A stretch of 64,000 bases of DNA from NCBI GenBank assembly GCA_026415395.1, contig JAOAHD010000003.1, positions 57,227 to 121,226 of the forward strand, written 5' to 3'. This DNA is from Candidatus Binatia bacterium (lineage in GTDB: Bacteria > Desulfobacterota > Binatia > HRBIN30). This document shows positions 7,989 through 20,183 of this stretch, in pieces. How positions within the stretch are numbered: the first letter of the stretch is position 1; each line of letters begins with the position of its first letter. Position numbers and translations under genes: made by a program. The notes below the pieces were generated by a model, which worked only from the letters and a program-made list of their open reading frames with translations, was not told the origin of the DNA and made no database searches.

Positions 7989-10900
7989 TCACTGCAGGTA
8001 GACTGCCCCCTCGCCAAGCACCTGCTCTACCTCGTTGAGGAACGCTTCGGTTGGCGACACCTTCAAGCTCGGCGGTAGCGCCAGAATGATTTCGCACCCG
8101 GCTCCAGTGAGCCACAGGTGGACAAAGGCTTCACAGTTCCCGCGGTGACGCGAACAAGCGGCACGCAGTCGCTGTAAAGTCTCGTCCGTCACGAGTTCTT
8201 CGCGCAGGGCCAAACGAACTTGCTTGAACGCTTTTCGCTGCACTTCTGAGAGTAACGTCACCGAGTCAGCAATTAATTGGCAGCGTTCCTCGTCGATCTC
8301 AAGAGTCCCCTCCACTAGGACTGGTTCTTCTGCGTGAATGGCTGCCTCGTGAGAGCGATAGGTGTCCGGCCACGCGACAACCTCCAGCGTGCCCGAGCGA
8401 TCTTCGAGGACAAAGTTGGCGTAGCGCTCGCCCTTGCGGGTGTTTTTGGTTTTCAGCGTGTGGATAACACCGCCCAAACGGACCTTGGCGTTCTCTCCCC
8501 AAGCGCGAAGTTCCGCAATCGTGCCATCCGTAATTCGCCTCAGGTGTCGCTCCCAACGATCGAGAGGATGGCCGGTGATGAAGAAGCCCAGCGCTTCGCG
8601 TTCCAGCCTCAGCTTGTCCTTCGGCGACCACTCTTCCACGGGGGGAAGTTCTGGTGCCGGCGACGCGGTGGAGGCCAAAGCCTCTGGGGCGAACAGGCTA
8701 ATTTGACTGCGGGGAGCCTCCACACCTTGCTCGGTAGTGGCCCATCGCAATGTGGGTTCGAGTCCTTCGAGCAGGCGCCGCCGTGGTTGACCACAGAAAT
8801 CAAAGGCTCCGCAGTTAATTAAGCTTTCAATCACGCGCTTGTTTACTTGTTGTAGGGGGACCCGTTTGCAGAAGTCCGCGAGCGATTGGAACGGGCCCTC
8901 TCTTCGTGCGACGAGGATGGCCTCCGCAGCCTTCTCACCAACGCCCTTCACCGCGCCGAGCCCGAATCGAATCGCTCGTTGGCCGCTCGACGTAGGCACC
9001 ACGGTAAAGTCGAGAGCGCTTTCGTTGACGTCCGGTGCCAGAATGGGAATACCGAGATCACGGCAGGCCGCGATGTTCTTGTATGTTTTCTCGGTGCTGT
9101 CCATTTCCAGGGTGAGCAGCCCGGCCATGAATTCTTCTGGAAAGTGGGCCTTAAGGTAAGCGGTTTGGTAAGAAATGAACGCGTAGGCAGTCGAGTGGGA
9201 TTTGTTGAACCCATAGGCACCGAACGTTTCCATCTGCTCGAAGATCGCTTGGGCCAGTGCCGCTGGCACGCCGCGCGCCACTGCACCGCGCACGAAGCGG
9301 CCTTTCTCCCGCTCCATCTCGTCCTTTTTCTTCTTGCCCATGGCTCGCCGGAGGTTGTCTGCGTCCCCCAAGGTGTAGCCAGCTAGCACGCGGGCGATCT
9401 GCATAACCTGCTCCTGGTACAAGATGACGCCGTAGGTCTCCCGGAGAATCGGCTCTAGGTCTGGGTGCAGGTATTGGATCGGGACTTCCCCGTGCTTTCG
9501 CTTGATAAACTCTTCGACCATTCCGGAGTCGAGCGGACCGGGTCGAAATAAAGCGAGGACGGCAATGAGGTCTTCGAATTTTGTGGGTCGCAGTGAGGTG
9601 ACCAACTTGCGCATCCCACTGCTTTCGAGCTGGAACACGCCTACCGTATCCCCGCGGCAGATGAGCTGGTACGTCGCAGGGTCGTCGAGCGGGAGTTGCT
9701 CGACATCCAAGTGGATTCCCCGACCCTCGCGAATACGCTCGACAATCTTGGCGATCATCGTAAGGGTTTTTAGGCCTAAGAAGTCGAACTTGATGAGGCC
9801 AATCGCATCGACGTCGCCGTAAGGATATTGAGTGAGGACGGCGCCATCCTTGTCGACAAACAGCGGCAGCGTTTCTACGAGGGGGCGATCGCCAATCACG
9901 ATGCCGGCGGCGTGCTTGGACGCGTGCCGCAACAGCCCTTCGAGGCGCAATGCGTAATCAAACAGTTGCTTCTCCCTTTGCCCGCGATCACGCACTTCCC
10001 GCAACCGTGGTTCGATCTCTAAGGCGTCCTTCAACGGGAAGTCCTTGCCTTGTTTCGGGGCTGGGTAAAGTTTGGCGATGCGATCAGTCTCTGCGAAGCT
10101 GAAATCAAGAACGCGGCCAACATCTTTGATGGCTTGCTTTCCTTTCAGTGTCCCGAACGTGATGATTTGTGCCACGCATTCTTCCCCGTACTTCTGCCGG
10201 ACGTAGCGAATCACTTCGTCTCGCCGTTCGAAGCAAAAGTCCATGTCGATGTCGGGCATCGACTTTCGTTCCGGGTTTAGGAAGCGCTCGAAGAGCAAGT
10301 TGTACGGTACGGGATCGACCGTGGTGATCCCAAGCGCGTACGCGACCAAGCTTCCCGCAGCCGATCCGCGGCCAGGGCCGACCGGAATGCCTTGTTCCTT
10401 GGCGTAACGGGTAAAGTCCGCGACGATGAGAAAGTAGCCCGCAAAGCCCATCTTTTTGATGATGCTCAGCTCTTCCTCGAGCCGTTCCCAGTAGTGGCGT
10501 TCCCGGTCCTCGCTCCATTCTGCCTCGGTTCGTTTCCGTTGAAGCCGCTGCTCTAGCCCGCTGCGCGCCAACTGGCTGAGGTAATCGTCGAGCGACTCAT
10601 TGTTCGGTGTCCGGTAGACGGGAAACTGGTAGCGCCCGAACTGCATTTCGAACTGGCACCGGCGTGCGACTTCGATCGTGTTGCTGATTGCCTCGGGCAC
10701 CTCCGGGAAGGCACGACACATTTCCCCGGGGTCTTTTACGTAAAGCTGGTCGGTTTCGAACCTCCAGCGCGACGGATCGCTCAGCGTCTTGCCTGTCTGG
10801 ATACAAAGAAGCACTTCGTGGGCAACCGCGTCGTCAGGAGTCAGGTAGTGACAGTCGTTGGTAGCGACGATCGGTAACGAAAGTTCGCGAGCGAGGCGAA

Positions 10901-11477
10901 TCAGCTCAACATTTGCTCGCTCTTGTTGGGGAAGCCGGTTGTCCTGGATTTCCACGTAATAGCGGCCATCGAAGATGCTGCGGTATTCCTCCATGACAGC
11001 GCGGGCCCGCTCGATGGATCCGGCGGCAATGGCTTCGTTGACCTCGCTCGCCAAGCAGCCGGACAGAGCGATGAGCCCACGATTGAACTCGCGCAACAGT
11101 TCCTTGTCGATACGCGGCTTGTAGTAAAAGCCCTCCTTGTAACTCAAAGTGACGAGTCGGCAGAGGTTTCGGTACCCTTCCTCGTTCATCACGAGGAGGA
11201 TCAGGTGGTGGTTGCCGGCCGACTCCGAATCGCCCGCTCGCGCTCTCTTTTCCGTGCGATGCCCTGGGGCCACATACATTTCGCACCCGATGATCGGTTG
11301 GATTCCGGCGGCTACGGCGCGTCGGTAAAACTCGACGGCGCCGAACAGATTGCCGTGGTCCGTCATCGCGATTGCCGGCATCCCCGCGCTTTTCACCCGC
11401 TGGATGAGGTCTGGGATCTTGTTCGCTCCATCGAGCAACGAGTACTGCGTGTGCACGTGCAGATGAACGAAGCTCAT
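7989..11477 (-). CDS. dnaE: DNA polymerase III alpha subunit
   Basis: PHP-domain start MSFVHLHVHTQYSLLDGA. About 1160 aa with a full DnaE layout. A GGAGGG RBS lies upstream. A GTG at 11483 is an alternative start. Confidence 0.95.
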   Translation of the reverse strand: MSFVHLHVHTQYSLLDGANKIPDLIQRVKSAGMPAIAMTDHGNLFGAVEFYRRAVAAGIQPIIGCEMYVAPGHRTEKRARAGDSESAGNHHLILLVMNEEGYRNLCRLVTLSYKEGFYYKPRIDKELLREFNRGLIALSGCLASEVNEAIAAGSIERARAVMEEYRSIFDGRYYVEIQDNRLPQQERANVELIRLARELSLPIVATNDCHYLTPDDAVAHEVLLCIQTGKTLSDPSRWRFETDQLYVKDPGEMCRAFPEVPEAISNTIEVARRCQFEMQFGRYQFPVYRTPNNESLDDYLSQLARSGLEQRLQRKRTEAEWSEDRERHYWERLEEELSIIKKMGFAGYFLIVADFTRYAKEQGIPVGPGRGSAAGSLVAYALGITTVDPVPYNLLFERFLNPERKSMPDIDMDFCFERRDEVIRYVRQKYGEECVAQIITFGTLKGKQAIKDVGRVLDFSFAETDRIAKLYPAPKQGKDFPLKDALEIEPRLREVRDRGQREKQLFDYALRLEGLLRHASKHAAGIVIGDRPLVETLPLFVDKDGAVLTQYPYGDVDAIGLIKFDFLGLKTLTMIAKIVERIREGRGIHLDVEQLPLDDPATYQLICRGDTVGVFQLESSGMRKLVTSLRPTKFEDLIAVLALFRPGPLDSGMVEEFIKRKHGEVPIQYLHPDLEPILRETYGVILYQEQVMQIARVLAGYTLGDADNLRRAMGKKKKDEMEREKGRFVRGAVARGVPAALAQAIFEQMETFGAYGFNKSHSTAYAFISYQTAYLKAHFPEEFMAGLLTLEMDSTEKTYKNIAACRDLGIPILAPDVNESALDFTVVPTSSGQRAIRFGLGAVKGVGEKAAEAILVARREGPFQSLADFCKRVPLQQVNKRVIESLINCGAFDFCGQPRRRLLEGLEPTLRWATTEQGVEAPRSQISLFAPEALASTASPAPELPPVEEWSPKDKLRLEREALGFFITGHPLDRWERHLRRITDGTIAELRAWGENAKVRLGGVIHTLKTKNTRKGERYANFVLEDRSGTLEVVAWPDTYRSHEAAIHAEEPVLVEGTLEIDEERCQLIADSVTLLSEVQRKAFKQVRLALREELVTDETLQRLRAACSRHRGNCEAFVHLWLTGAGCEIILALPPSLKVSPTEAFLNEVEQVLGEGAVYLQ

Positions 11478-11504
11478 CCCCACTCAGCCCTCCGCTCGAA
11501 GCTT

Positions 11505-13034
11505 CTACTCCCACTCTATGGTCGCTGGCGGCTTCGAAGAAATATCATAGACGACGCGGTTGATTCCTTGAACCTCGTTGATCAGCCGCGAAGACAGGCG
11601 CGCAAGCAGATCGTGGGGCAGTCTTGCCCAATCGGCTGTCATTCCGTCCACACTTTGAACGGCCCGTACAGCGAGCACATTTTCGTAGGTGCGCGCATCC
11701 CCCATGACACCCACGGATTTTACTGGCAAAAGCACCGCGAAGGCCTGCCACAGTTGGTCGTACAAGCCCGCAGCCCTGACCTCTTCTTCGACGATTGCGT
11801 CTGCGTGCTGTAGCACCGCAACGCGCTCTGCGGTCACCGGTCCGATGATACGAATTGCTAGGCCTGGCCCGGGGAATGGATGGCGATTGATGATTTCTCG
11901 CGGAATCCCAAGGACACTCCCCAGTTCGCGAACTTCATCTTTGAACAGCTCCCGCAACGGCTCGATCAGTTCAAGATTCATGCGCTCAGGAAGCCCGCCA
12001 ACGTTGTGGTGGCTCTTGATTGTCGCCGAAGGCCCTTTGAATGAGACCGACTCGATCACGTCTGGGTAGAGCGTTCCCTGGGCGAGAAAGCGCACGTTTG
12101 GAAGGCTTCGCGCCTCTTTCTCGAAAATTTCGATGAACGTCGTGCCAATGATTCGGCGTTTCTGCTCCGGATCCTCGACACCAGCCAACCGATCGAGGAA
12201 CAATTTGCTTTCGTCGACCTTGCGGATGCGAAAGTGAAAGGCATCGGTGAGGAAGGCCATGACACGCTCGGCTTCGCGCCGGCGAAGAACACCGTTGTCG
12301 ACAAAGATGCAAATCAGTTGGTCTCCCACCGCACGGTGGACCAAGGCGGCGGTGACAGTGGAATCCACTCCCCCGCTCAACGCACAAACCACACCGGCGG
12401 ATCCCACGCGGTCGCGAATGCGTTGGACCTCGCGTTCCACGAAGCCTTCCATCGTCCAGTCTGCCGACGCCTTGCAGACTCGAAACAAGAAGTTCGCCAG
12501 GATGTCTTTTCCGCGCGGCGTGTGCGCAACCTCAGGGTGAAACTGAACACCAAAAAGACGCCCCTGCGGATCCGCAAACGCTGCAACGGGGGAGTTCTCG
12601 CTACGTGCAAGAACGCGAAAGCTCGGCGGCAAAGTTTCGATGCGGTCTCCGTGACTCATCCAAACTTGGAGCGGCTCTCCGCTCAAGCCGGCGAAGAGGT
12701 CATGGTCATCCGTGACAGTGAGGAGCGCCGGGCCGTATTCGCGCTCGCGGGCCGCACACACGCGACCACCGAAATGCTGAGCGATAACCCCCATGCCGTA
12801 ACAAATTCCTAGAACCGGGATCTCGAGATCAAACAGATTTTTCGCTGGCCATGGTGCCTTTTTGTCATAGACACTTGCCGGTCCACCAGAGAGAATGAGT
12901 CCCTTGGGGGCACGCCGGCTTATTTCGTCCACCGGCAGATTGAAGGGATGGATCTCGCAGTAAACTCGCAGTTCTCGGATCCTGCGAGCAATCAGCTGGG
13001 TGTATTGGCTTCCGAAGTCCAAGATGAGAATCAT
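11505..13034 (-). CDS. guaA: GMP synthase (glutamine-hydrolysing)
   Basis: GATase start [24 protein letters not shown]-PPase motif SGGVDS, C-terminal PPATIEWE. Confidence 0.95.
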   Translation of the reverse strand: MILILDFGSQYTQLIARRIRELRVYCEIHPFNLPVDEISRRAPKGLILSGGPASVYDKKAPWPAKNLFDLEIPVLGICYGMGVIAQHFGGRVCAAREREYGPALLTVTDDHDLFAGLSGEPLQVWMSHGDRIETLPPSFRVLARSENSPVAAFADPQGRLFGVQFHPEVAHTPRGKDILANFLFRVCKASADWTMEGFVEREVQRIRDRVGSAGVVCALSGGVDSTVTAALVHRAVGDQLICIFVDNGVLRRREAERVMAFLTDAFHFRIRKVDESKLFLDRLAGVEDPEQKRRIIGTTFIEIFEKEARSLPNVRFLAQGTLYPDVIESVSFKGPSATIKSHHNVGGLPERMNLELIEPLRELFKDEVRELGSVLGIPREIINRHPFPGPGLAIRIIGPVTAERVAVLQHADAIVEEEVRAAGLYDQLWQAFAVLLPVKSVGVMGDARTYENVLAVRAVQSVDGMTADWARLPHDLLARLSSRLINEVQGINRVVYDISSKPPATIEWE

Positions 13035-13057
13035 CCCGAATCTCCGCTCATCCCGGG

Positions 13058-14641
<1,584 letters not shown>

Positions 14642-14726
14642 CTATCAAACCGTTGGCAGGGGCCGCAAGTTCCGAGCTCAGTCCAAATGGTTGCGGTTGC
14701 AGGATTGGTCGACTACCTGGCCACAC

Positions 14727-15245
14727 ATGCTTGTACCCTTCAACGGCACCGCACCCCAGGTAGACCCGTCTGCTTGGGTGCATCCCGCGGCTCAAATCAT
14801 TGGCGACGTGGTCATCGGTCCAGAGAGCAGCGTATGGCCTTACGTTGTGATCCGTGGAGACGTCCACTACGTCCGCATTGGTGCACGAACCAACATTCAA
14901 GACGCAGTGGTGATACACGTAACGACCGCACGTTGGCCCGCCCTCGTAGGGGATGACGTTACAGTGGGGCACCGAGCGGTACTGCACGGCTGCACGATTG
15001 GAAACGGGTGCTTAATCGGAATCGGGGCGATCGTGCTTGACGGAGTCGAAGTTGGAGATCACTGCTTGGTAGGAGCTGGGGCTTTGTTGACACCGGGAAC
15101 GAAGATTCCACCCGGGCACCTGGTGCTTGGTGCCCCCGCAAAAGTGGTGCGGGCGTTGACCGAACAGGAAATCGAGAGCAATACTCGCAACGCCTTACAC
15201 TACGTGAGCTTGGCAAGCCATTACCGGGAGGCCGGTATCCGCTGA
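14727..15245 (+). CDS. Gamma-carbonic-anhydrase-like / left-handed beta-helix (hexapeptide repeat) protein
   Basis: VDPSAWVHPAAQIIGDVVIGPESSVWPYVVIRGDVHYVRIGARTNIQD is typical of the YrdA/PaaY/gamma-CA family. Start at the ATG at 14727. Confidence 0.8.
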   Translation: MLVPFNGTAPQVDPSAWVHPAAQIIGDVVIGPESSVWPYVVIRGDVHYVRIGARTNIQDAVVIHVTTARWPALVGDDVTVGHRAVLHGCTIGNGCLIGIGAIVLDGVEVGDHCLVGAGALLTPGTKIPPGHLVLGAPAKVVRALTEQEIESNTRNALHYVSLASHYREAGIR

Positions 15246-16627
15246 GCGTCACGCCGCCTCGGGCGGGCGCGAAATTCGATTCGCACAGGTACACCAAACC
15301 ATTTGAATGCCAAGCGGAACTGCGTTTCCAAGTATCGCTTGTAAGGCTGAGGGACACTTTCAGGGTAATTCGCGAAAATCGCGAGCGTCGGCGGCATCAC
15401 TCCGGTTTGTACGACATAGTAGAAGCGTAACGGTTTCCCATGTACGGCTGGTGCGGGTCGCGCTCGCGTGGCCGCAACGAGGCAGGCATTGAGCTTGGCA
15501 GTCGCTGGCCGCTTTTGCGCCCGCTGGTATAGCAAGCGAACGAGCGAAAAGAGTTTTTCGATTCCCTCACCCGTCCGGGCGGAAATGAAAGCCAGCGGGA
15601 AGTCCGCCAAGGTTGCATACTCGCTTGCCAGCCTTTGTTGATACCGCTCGGCAACGCGGGCAGGTGGGGCGACTGCGTCCCACTTGTTGAAGACGAGAGC
15701 GAGCGCCTTCCCCCGTTCAATAACGTGGTTTGCGATTCGCGCATCCTGATCTGTCATCCCTTCAACCGCATCCATGAGGAGGAGTACCACCTGAGCACGG
15801 TCGACCGCACGGAAGGCACGGACAACGCTGGCTCGTTCTACAATCTCACGAACTTTGGGGCGGCGGCGAATTCCGGCGGTATCGATAAGCAAGTAAAGTT
15901 GCCCGTCACGCTCTACCGTGCTGTCTATTGCGTCCCGTGTAGTTCCCGGATGGTCGTCAACAATGGCGCGCTCGTAGCCCAGGATTGCATTGAGCAGGGA
16001 GGACTTGCCAACGTTCGGCCGGCCAACAATCGCAACCGCGATAGCTTGCTCTTGTGCACCTGGGGGTTGCTCAGCGACCGCCCTTGTTTCCGGGAGGAGC
16101 GACTCGATGTGTTCGACGAGCGCGTCTAGCCCGCGTCCATGGGCGGCGGAAATCGGGAAAACCGCACCAGGCCCTAACGCGAAAAATTCGGCAGTGTTGC
16201 AGTCAAGCTTTTGGTCGTCGAGCTTGTTGACCGCATACACCACAGGCTTGAGCAGTGTGCGCAAGCGGCGGACAAGTTCTTGATCTAGGGGGTTGAGCCC
16301 TTCCCGACCGTCGAACAGCGCGACCACCACGTCTGCCTCCTGAGCCGCCAGCCACGTTTGCTCTTGCACGGCCTTGGCTACGTCGCTGCTGGCCCTATCG
16401 TCGATACCACCGGTGTCGACGAGTAGGACCTCCCGCTCCCCCATGCGTGCGACGGCGATATTGCGGTCGCGCGTGACTCCTGGCTGCTCGTCGACGATGG
16501 CACGCCGCTCTCCAAGCAGGCGGTTGAATAGCGTCGACTTCCCTGCATTCGGGCGGCCCACTATGGCAACCACTGGGAGCTCAGCAGGTATGGATTCGCG
16601 AACGGATAGGTTTGCGTGTGGGTACAT
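15221..16627 (-). CDS. der: Ribosome-biogenesis GTPase Der (EngA)
   Basis: Two tandem G domains (GRPNAGKSTLFN and GRPNVGKSSLLN) plus a KH-like C-terminus. Start at the ATG at 16627. The 3' end overlaps the convergent gene by 25 nt. Confidence 0.9.
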   Translation of the reverse strand: MYPHANLSVRESIPAELPVVAIVGRPNAGKSTLFNRLLGERRAIVDEQPGVTRDRNIAVARMGEREVLLVDTGGIDDRASSDVAKAVQEQTWLAAQEADVVVALFDGREGLNPLDQELVRRLRTLLKPVVYAVNKLDDQKLDCNTAEFFALGPGAVFPISAAHGRGLDALVEHIESLLPETRAVAEQPPGAQEQAIAVAIVGRPNVGKSSLLNAILGYERAIVDDHPGTTRDAIDSTVERDGQLYLLIDTAGIRRRPKVREIVERASVVRAFRAVDRAQVVLLLMDAVEGMTDQDARIANHVIERGKALALVFNKWDAVAPPARVAERYQQRLASEYATLADFPLAFISARTGEGIEKLFSLVRLLYQRAQKRPATAKLNACLVAATRARPAPAVHGKPLRFYYVVQTGVMPPTLAIFANYPESVPQPYKRYLETQFRLAFKWFGVPVRIEFRARPRRRDAQRIPASR

Positions 16628-16662
16628 GGGTGAGTACTGCAGCAATTTCTGCAGCTTGAAAC

Positions 16663-18960
16663 TTATAGCGAAGCGGCACGCGGTCGGTAACCAGGCGAGC
16701 CGCCCTCTTGGTCCTGGAGTTTCGTTCCTGGGAGAACGGCTGGAAGCCAAACGCTGAACCGCGATCCACGGCCAACTTCACTGCGCACCTGGATTGTTCC
16801 CCCGAGAATTTCCACCAGTCGATGTACGATGTAGAGCCCTAATCCTACCCCGCCATGCCGGCGAGTTGTCGAGGTGTCGGCCTGCCAGAAGGGCTCGAAA
16901 ATATGCTCCAGCGCCTCGGGTGCGATGCCGATACCGGTGTCCGATACGACGAGCTCAACGCCATCGTTCAGCGGACGCGCTCCTAGGCTCACCTGCCCCT
17001 CGTCTGTGAACTTGATGGCGTTAGTCAGCAAGTTTTTTACGACCACGCCGATTTTGATAGGATCCGACATCACGACGGGTAGGTTGTCCTCTAGCTGCAG
17101 GACGACACTCACTGCCGGTTTGCACGACGCGCTTTCCACCTCGTGCTTGACCTGTTCGAGCAAGCTGCGGAGATCCACAGGGTCGCAGCGCACCGCGACC
17201 TGCTTGGCTTCGAGGCGGCTAAAGTCGAGCGTCATCGTGATCAGCTCGAGTAGATGTTGAGCGCTCAACTGGATCCTCTGCAGCACTTCGCGCTGGTCGG
17301 CTGGAATTTCACCGAACGCACCGTCTAGGAGTAAACTTCCGTACCCTAGGATTACGTTGAGTGGGGTCCGTAACTCATGGGACATCGTGGCGACAAATTC
17401 AGACTTTACCCGGCTTGCATGCTCTAAGTCCTCCATGAGTCGAGAATTGTCCAAGGCAAGCGCTCCAAGGTGGGCGATGCCCGAAGCAATCCGCTCGGTG
17501 ACGTCGTCAAAGGGGGCCGAACGGCCGCGACAGCCTGTGACGAGGATGGCACGTAGTTGACCAGAGGTTCGGATCCCGATGTCGACCATCTCCATCATCC
17601 CGTAGCGTTTGCCTAATAGCTGCCAGGGATGCGAGCCATCGGGCGGAATTGTGAAACGCAGCACGGGCTTGTGTTCCAGCCCGCGGAAGATTGGAGCAAT
17701 GTCCGAAGGTCGCGCGCGAAAAGCGCTCAGCTCTTCCGCCGCGTCCGGCGGCAGACCGAGTGCGGCAACCAGCTCGAAGGCCTGGTGTGTCTCTGACCAC
17801 AGGTACCCGAGACAGAACTCCGTGCTCAGAATTTCGGTCGTAAGGTGGCAGAGTCGGTCAAGCGTCTCACCTACGTCCCGGATACCTAAAAGCACCTCTC
17901 CCGCATGTGCCAGAGCACGGGCTACCTGTGTCTCACGCTGCTGCAGGGATTCGGCGCGCTTTCGGTCTGTGGCGTCCCAGGCCACCCCGATGACACCACC
18001 AATTTGGCCACCGGCGTTCCGCCAAGGCTCGACGTGAGCGATGAAAAAGCGATCATGCCATGAAAACTCATAAGATGCTGGTTTTCCGCTGAGGGCGTCG
18101 AGGTGGGCGCGCAAGGGGGGGTAGTTTGGTTCGAGGCTGGGTAGGAGCTCTTGGATTCTGGAGCCAGTGATGTGCACGGGCTCGCTACTCGAAGGCAGTT
18201 GAGGGCCGCCTAATGCGGTGGTGACCCGGAGGTCGCGATCGGTCATCCATAGGGCGATTGGGGAACGCCGAGCAAGCAAGCGAAGTTGCTGCTCTGCTTC
18301 TCGAAGGCGCGCACCCCGGGCAAACACCTCGCGGCGCAGGCGCTCCGAGAGGAAGGCCCCGGCAATCGAGAAAATGCCTGCAACGAGTGGGCCCGCGAGT
18401 TGATGGGCGATCGCGCCGGGCTCGATGTTGTGTCCTACGAGGGCAATCCCGAGGTAGTAAAAGCTCAGAGAGTACGTTGCCGCGATTGCCTGGAAGTGCG
18501 GGGGCCACGGAAAAAAAAGCGCGGGGGCCAGGATTTTGAGCGAAAGGATGAGTGCGGTGGCAGAGACACCAGTGCTGGGCAGCAAAAACTGCCCGATCAG
18601 AGCGAGTGTAAAGGCGAAATCCGCCACTAGGAATAGTACCGGAACACGATACAGGGGAATCCGTCGGCGGATGGCGAGGGCTATGAGCGGGATCGCGAGT
18701 TCTAGGGAGTATAGTGGCAGCGATTCATAGAAAACTGAAGGACGTACGAACCATTCCACCAGCCCATACGCCGTAACCGCTGCAATAACCACGGACATTA
18801 CGGGGCGCAGAGTTTGCTCCGCCAATTCCCCGCGGTACTGCTCGAAGAGATCCCCAGTGGCCGAGTCGGGCCCCTCTTCCGTGCCCGTCCAATTAGAGCC
18901 GGGTGGTTCTCGTCGATCCGTGCGCTGTTTCGCTGTTCGATCTCCTACCGAGCCTGCCAC
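16663..18960 (-). CDS. Membrane sensor histidine kinase (multi-TM N-terminus, PAS, GAF, HisKA, HATPase)
   Basis: H-box ATMSHELRTPLNVILGY, N-box NLLTNAIKFT, G-boxes DTGIGI and GGVGLGL. The N-terminal third is hydrophobic. Confidence 0.85.
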   Translation of the reverse strand: MAGSVGDRTAKQRTDRREPPGSNWTGTEEGPDSATGDLFEQYRGELAEQTLRPVMSVVIAAVTAYGLVEWFVRPSVFYESLPLYSLELAIPLIALAIRRRIPLYRVPVLFLVADFAFTLALIGQFLLPSTGVSATALILSLKILAPALFFPWPPHFQAIAATYSLSFYYLGIALVGHNIEPGAIAHQLAGPLVAGIFSIAGAFLSERLRREVFARGARLREAEQQLRLLARRSPIALWMTDRDLRVTTALGGPQLPSSSEPVHITGSRIQELLPSLEPNYPPLRAHLDALSGKPASYEFSWHDRFFIAHVEPWRNAGGQIGGVIGVAWDATDRKRAESLQQRETQVARALAHAGEVLLGIRDVGETLDRLCHLTTEILSTEFCLGYLWSETHQAFELVAALGLPPDAAEELSAFRARPSDIAPIFRGLEHKPVLRFTIPPDGSHPWQLLGKRYGMMEMVDIGIRTSGQLRAILVTGCRGRSAPFDDVTERIASGIAHLGALALDNSRLMEDLEHASRVKSEFVATMSHELRTPLNVILGYGSLLLDGAFGEIPADQREVLQRIQLSAQHLLELITMTLDFSRLEAKQVAVRCDPVDLRSLLEQVKHEVESASCKPAVSVVLQLEDNLPVVMSDPIKIGVVVKNLLTNAIKFTDEGQVSLGARPLNDGVELVVSDTGIGIAPEALEHIFEPFWQADTSTTRRHGGVGLGLYIVHRLVEILGGTIQVRSEVGRGSRFSVWLPAVLPGTKLQDQEGGSPGYRPRAASL

Positions 18961-19748
18961 CGCGGTTTCCGTTTTTCCACGAACGCACGTGGGCCTTCTT
19001 TGTGATCTTCGGACTGTTCCACGACCTCTAGATACCCAGCGGCAATTTCTTCGGCGAGGGGAATGGGCAACCCGATGCCCTGCAAAATGGCCATCTTAGT
19101 GCCCCATACCGCAAGCGGAGCGTTGCTCAGAATCATCTCCGCCAGTTCACGGGCACGCGGCATGAGCTGTTCGTGGGGCACCACTTCAGTCACCAAACCG
19201 ACTTGGTATGCCCGCTCGGCACTCATGCGTTCGCGACTCCCTAAAAGCGCCATACGAAGGCATACCGCTAGCGGTACGCGGCGCGCCATATTCACCATTT
19301 CGTGCGACGAGACGTAACCAATCGACACATGCGGGTCGACGAAATAGGCACGCTCTGAGGCGATCGGAATGTCTGCTTCGGTGACCAAATCCAACGAGAA
19401 TCCTGCCACCACTCCGTTCACTGCAGCAATGACTGGTTTGTGCACCCGTAGCCGGCGCGGCGTGGGCAACTCGACAATTCCCTCGATCATGGCCAGTTCT
19501 CGCCAGCGGTCGGGTTTCACAAAACCGCCCGTGGCCAGAGACTCGACGTCAGCGCCACTGGAAAATGCATCCCCAGCCCCTGTAATGATGGCAACCCAGA
19601 TATCGGGGTCAGCCTTCACTCGTCTCCAGCATTCCCGAAGCTCGTCCTTGAGCTGTTGATTCATGGCGTTTTTTCGTTCCGGTCGGTTCAGGGTGATCGT
19701 TGCCACGCGATCTTTGACCTCGAAGAGAACTGTTTGAAAATCGCTCAT
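18945..19748 (-). CDS. Enoyl-CoA hydratase/isomerase (crotonase) family
   Basis: ATITLNRPERKNAMN and ITGAGDAFSSGADV. Start at the ATG at 19748 (MSDFQTVLFEV). Confidence 0.85.
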   Translation of the reverse strand: MSDFQTVLFEVKDRVATITLNRPERKNAMNQQLKDELRECWRRVKADPDIWVAIITGAGDAFSSGADVESLATGGFVKPDRWRELAMIEGIVELPTPRRLRVHKPVIAAVNGVVAGFSLDLVTEADIPIASERAYFVDPHVSIGYVSSHEMVNMARRVPLAVCLRMALLGSRERMSAERAYQVGLVTEVVPHEQLMPRARELAEMILSNAPLAVWGTKMAILQGIGLPIPLAEEIAAGYLEVVEQSEDHKEGPRAFVEKRKPRWQAR

Positions 19749-19974
19749 TTCCTTGTCTCCCTCTCTGCGGATTATCGAGTCGTTGGTGGATGTTACGAAA
19801 TCCCGACCTTTCTGTCTAAGACAAGTGCTGATTCGCCGAAAGGCTTTTGGAGATTGGTGCTGGTGCATCATTAAATAAACCGTCGTCAGCACTTGTTGGC
19901 CAACTTGGCGGACGCAAACGCGCCGTTGGGTCCCTAGGCGAGGTTTTGGTTCGCGTGGCTCGGATACGGTAAGT

Positions 19975-20183
19975 GCGGTCGGTTAGAGGGACGGAGCCTT
20001 CGTGCGGGTGAGCGCACTTTTCCAGCGCCTCAAGGCTTTCCTTCCGGGCTAATGCATACTAAAAGAATCAGCCTATGAGTTCGGACGGACCGAGTAGACT
20101 CGTGTCGGTGGACGAGCATCAGTAGGTCCCGTCTTGCGCTGGTTTCACCTCTTGCCCGCGCAAGGCGGGTGGGAGGTGTGACC
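19975..20183 (+). promoter_or_regulatory. Structured 5' leader of mgtE with an SD-sequestering helix; possible Mg2+ (M-box-like) riboswitch
   Basis: About 200 nt of nested helices. The strings GGUUAG... and GGGCUAAUG are reminiscent of M-box motifs. The terminal helix CACCUCUUGCCCGC(20146-20159)/GCGGGUGGGAGGUG(20165-20178) buries the GGGAGG SD located 7 nt before the ATG at 20184. Confidence 0.3.

Noticed and set aside
6643-8115. Maximal ORF starts for hflX, guaB, der, the crotonase at 18945, the DUF1329 gene, thiolase-like genes, amidohydrolases and others
   Set aside because: The N-terminal extensions are non-homologous basic/Pro-rich sequence. They often overlap the upstream gene or a promoter. 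Internal ATG/GTG codons with GGAGG-type RBSs match the conserved family N-termini, so shorter coordinates were reported.
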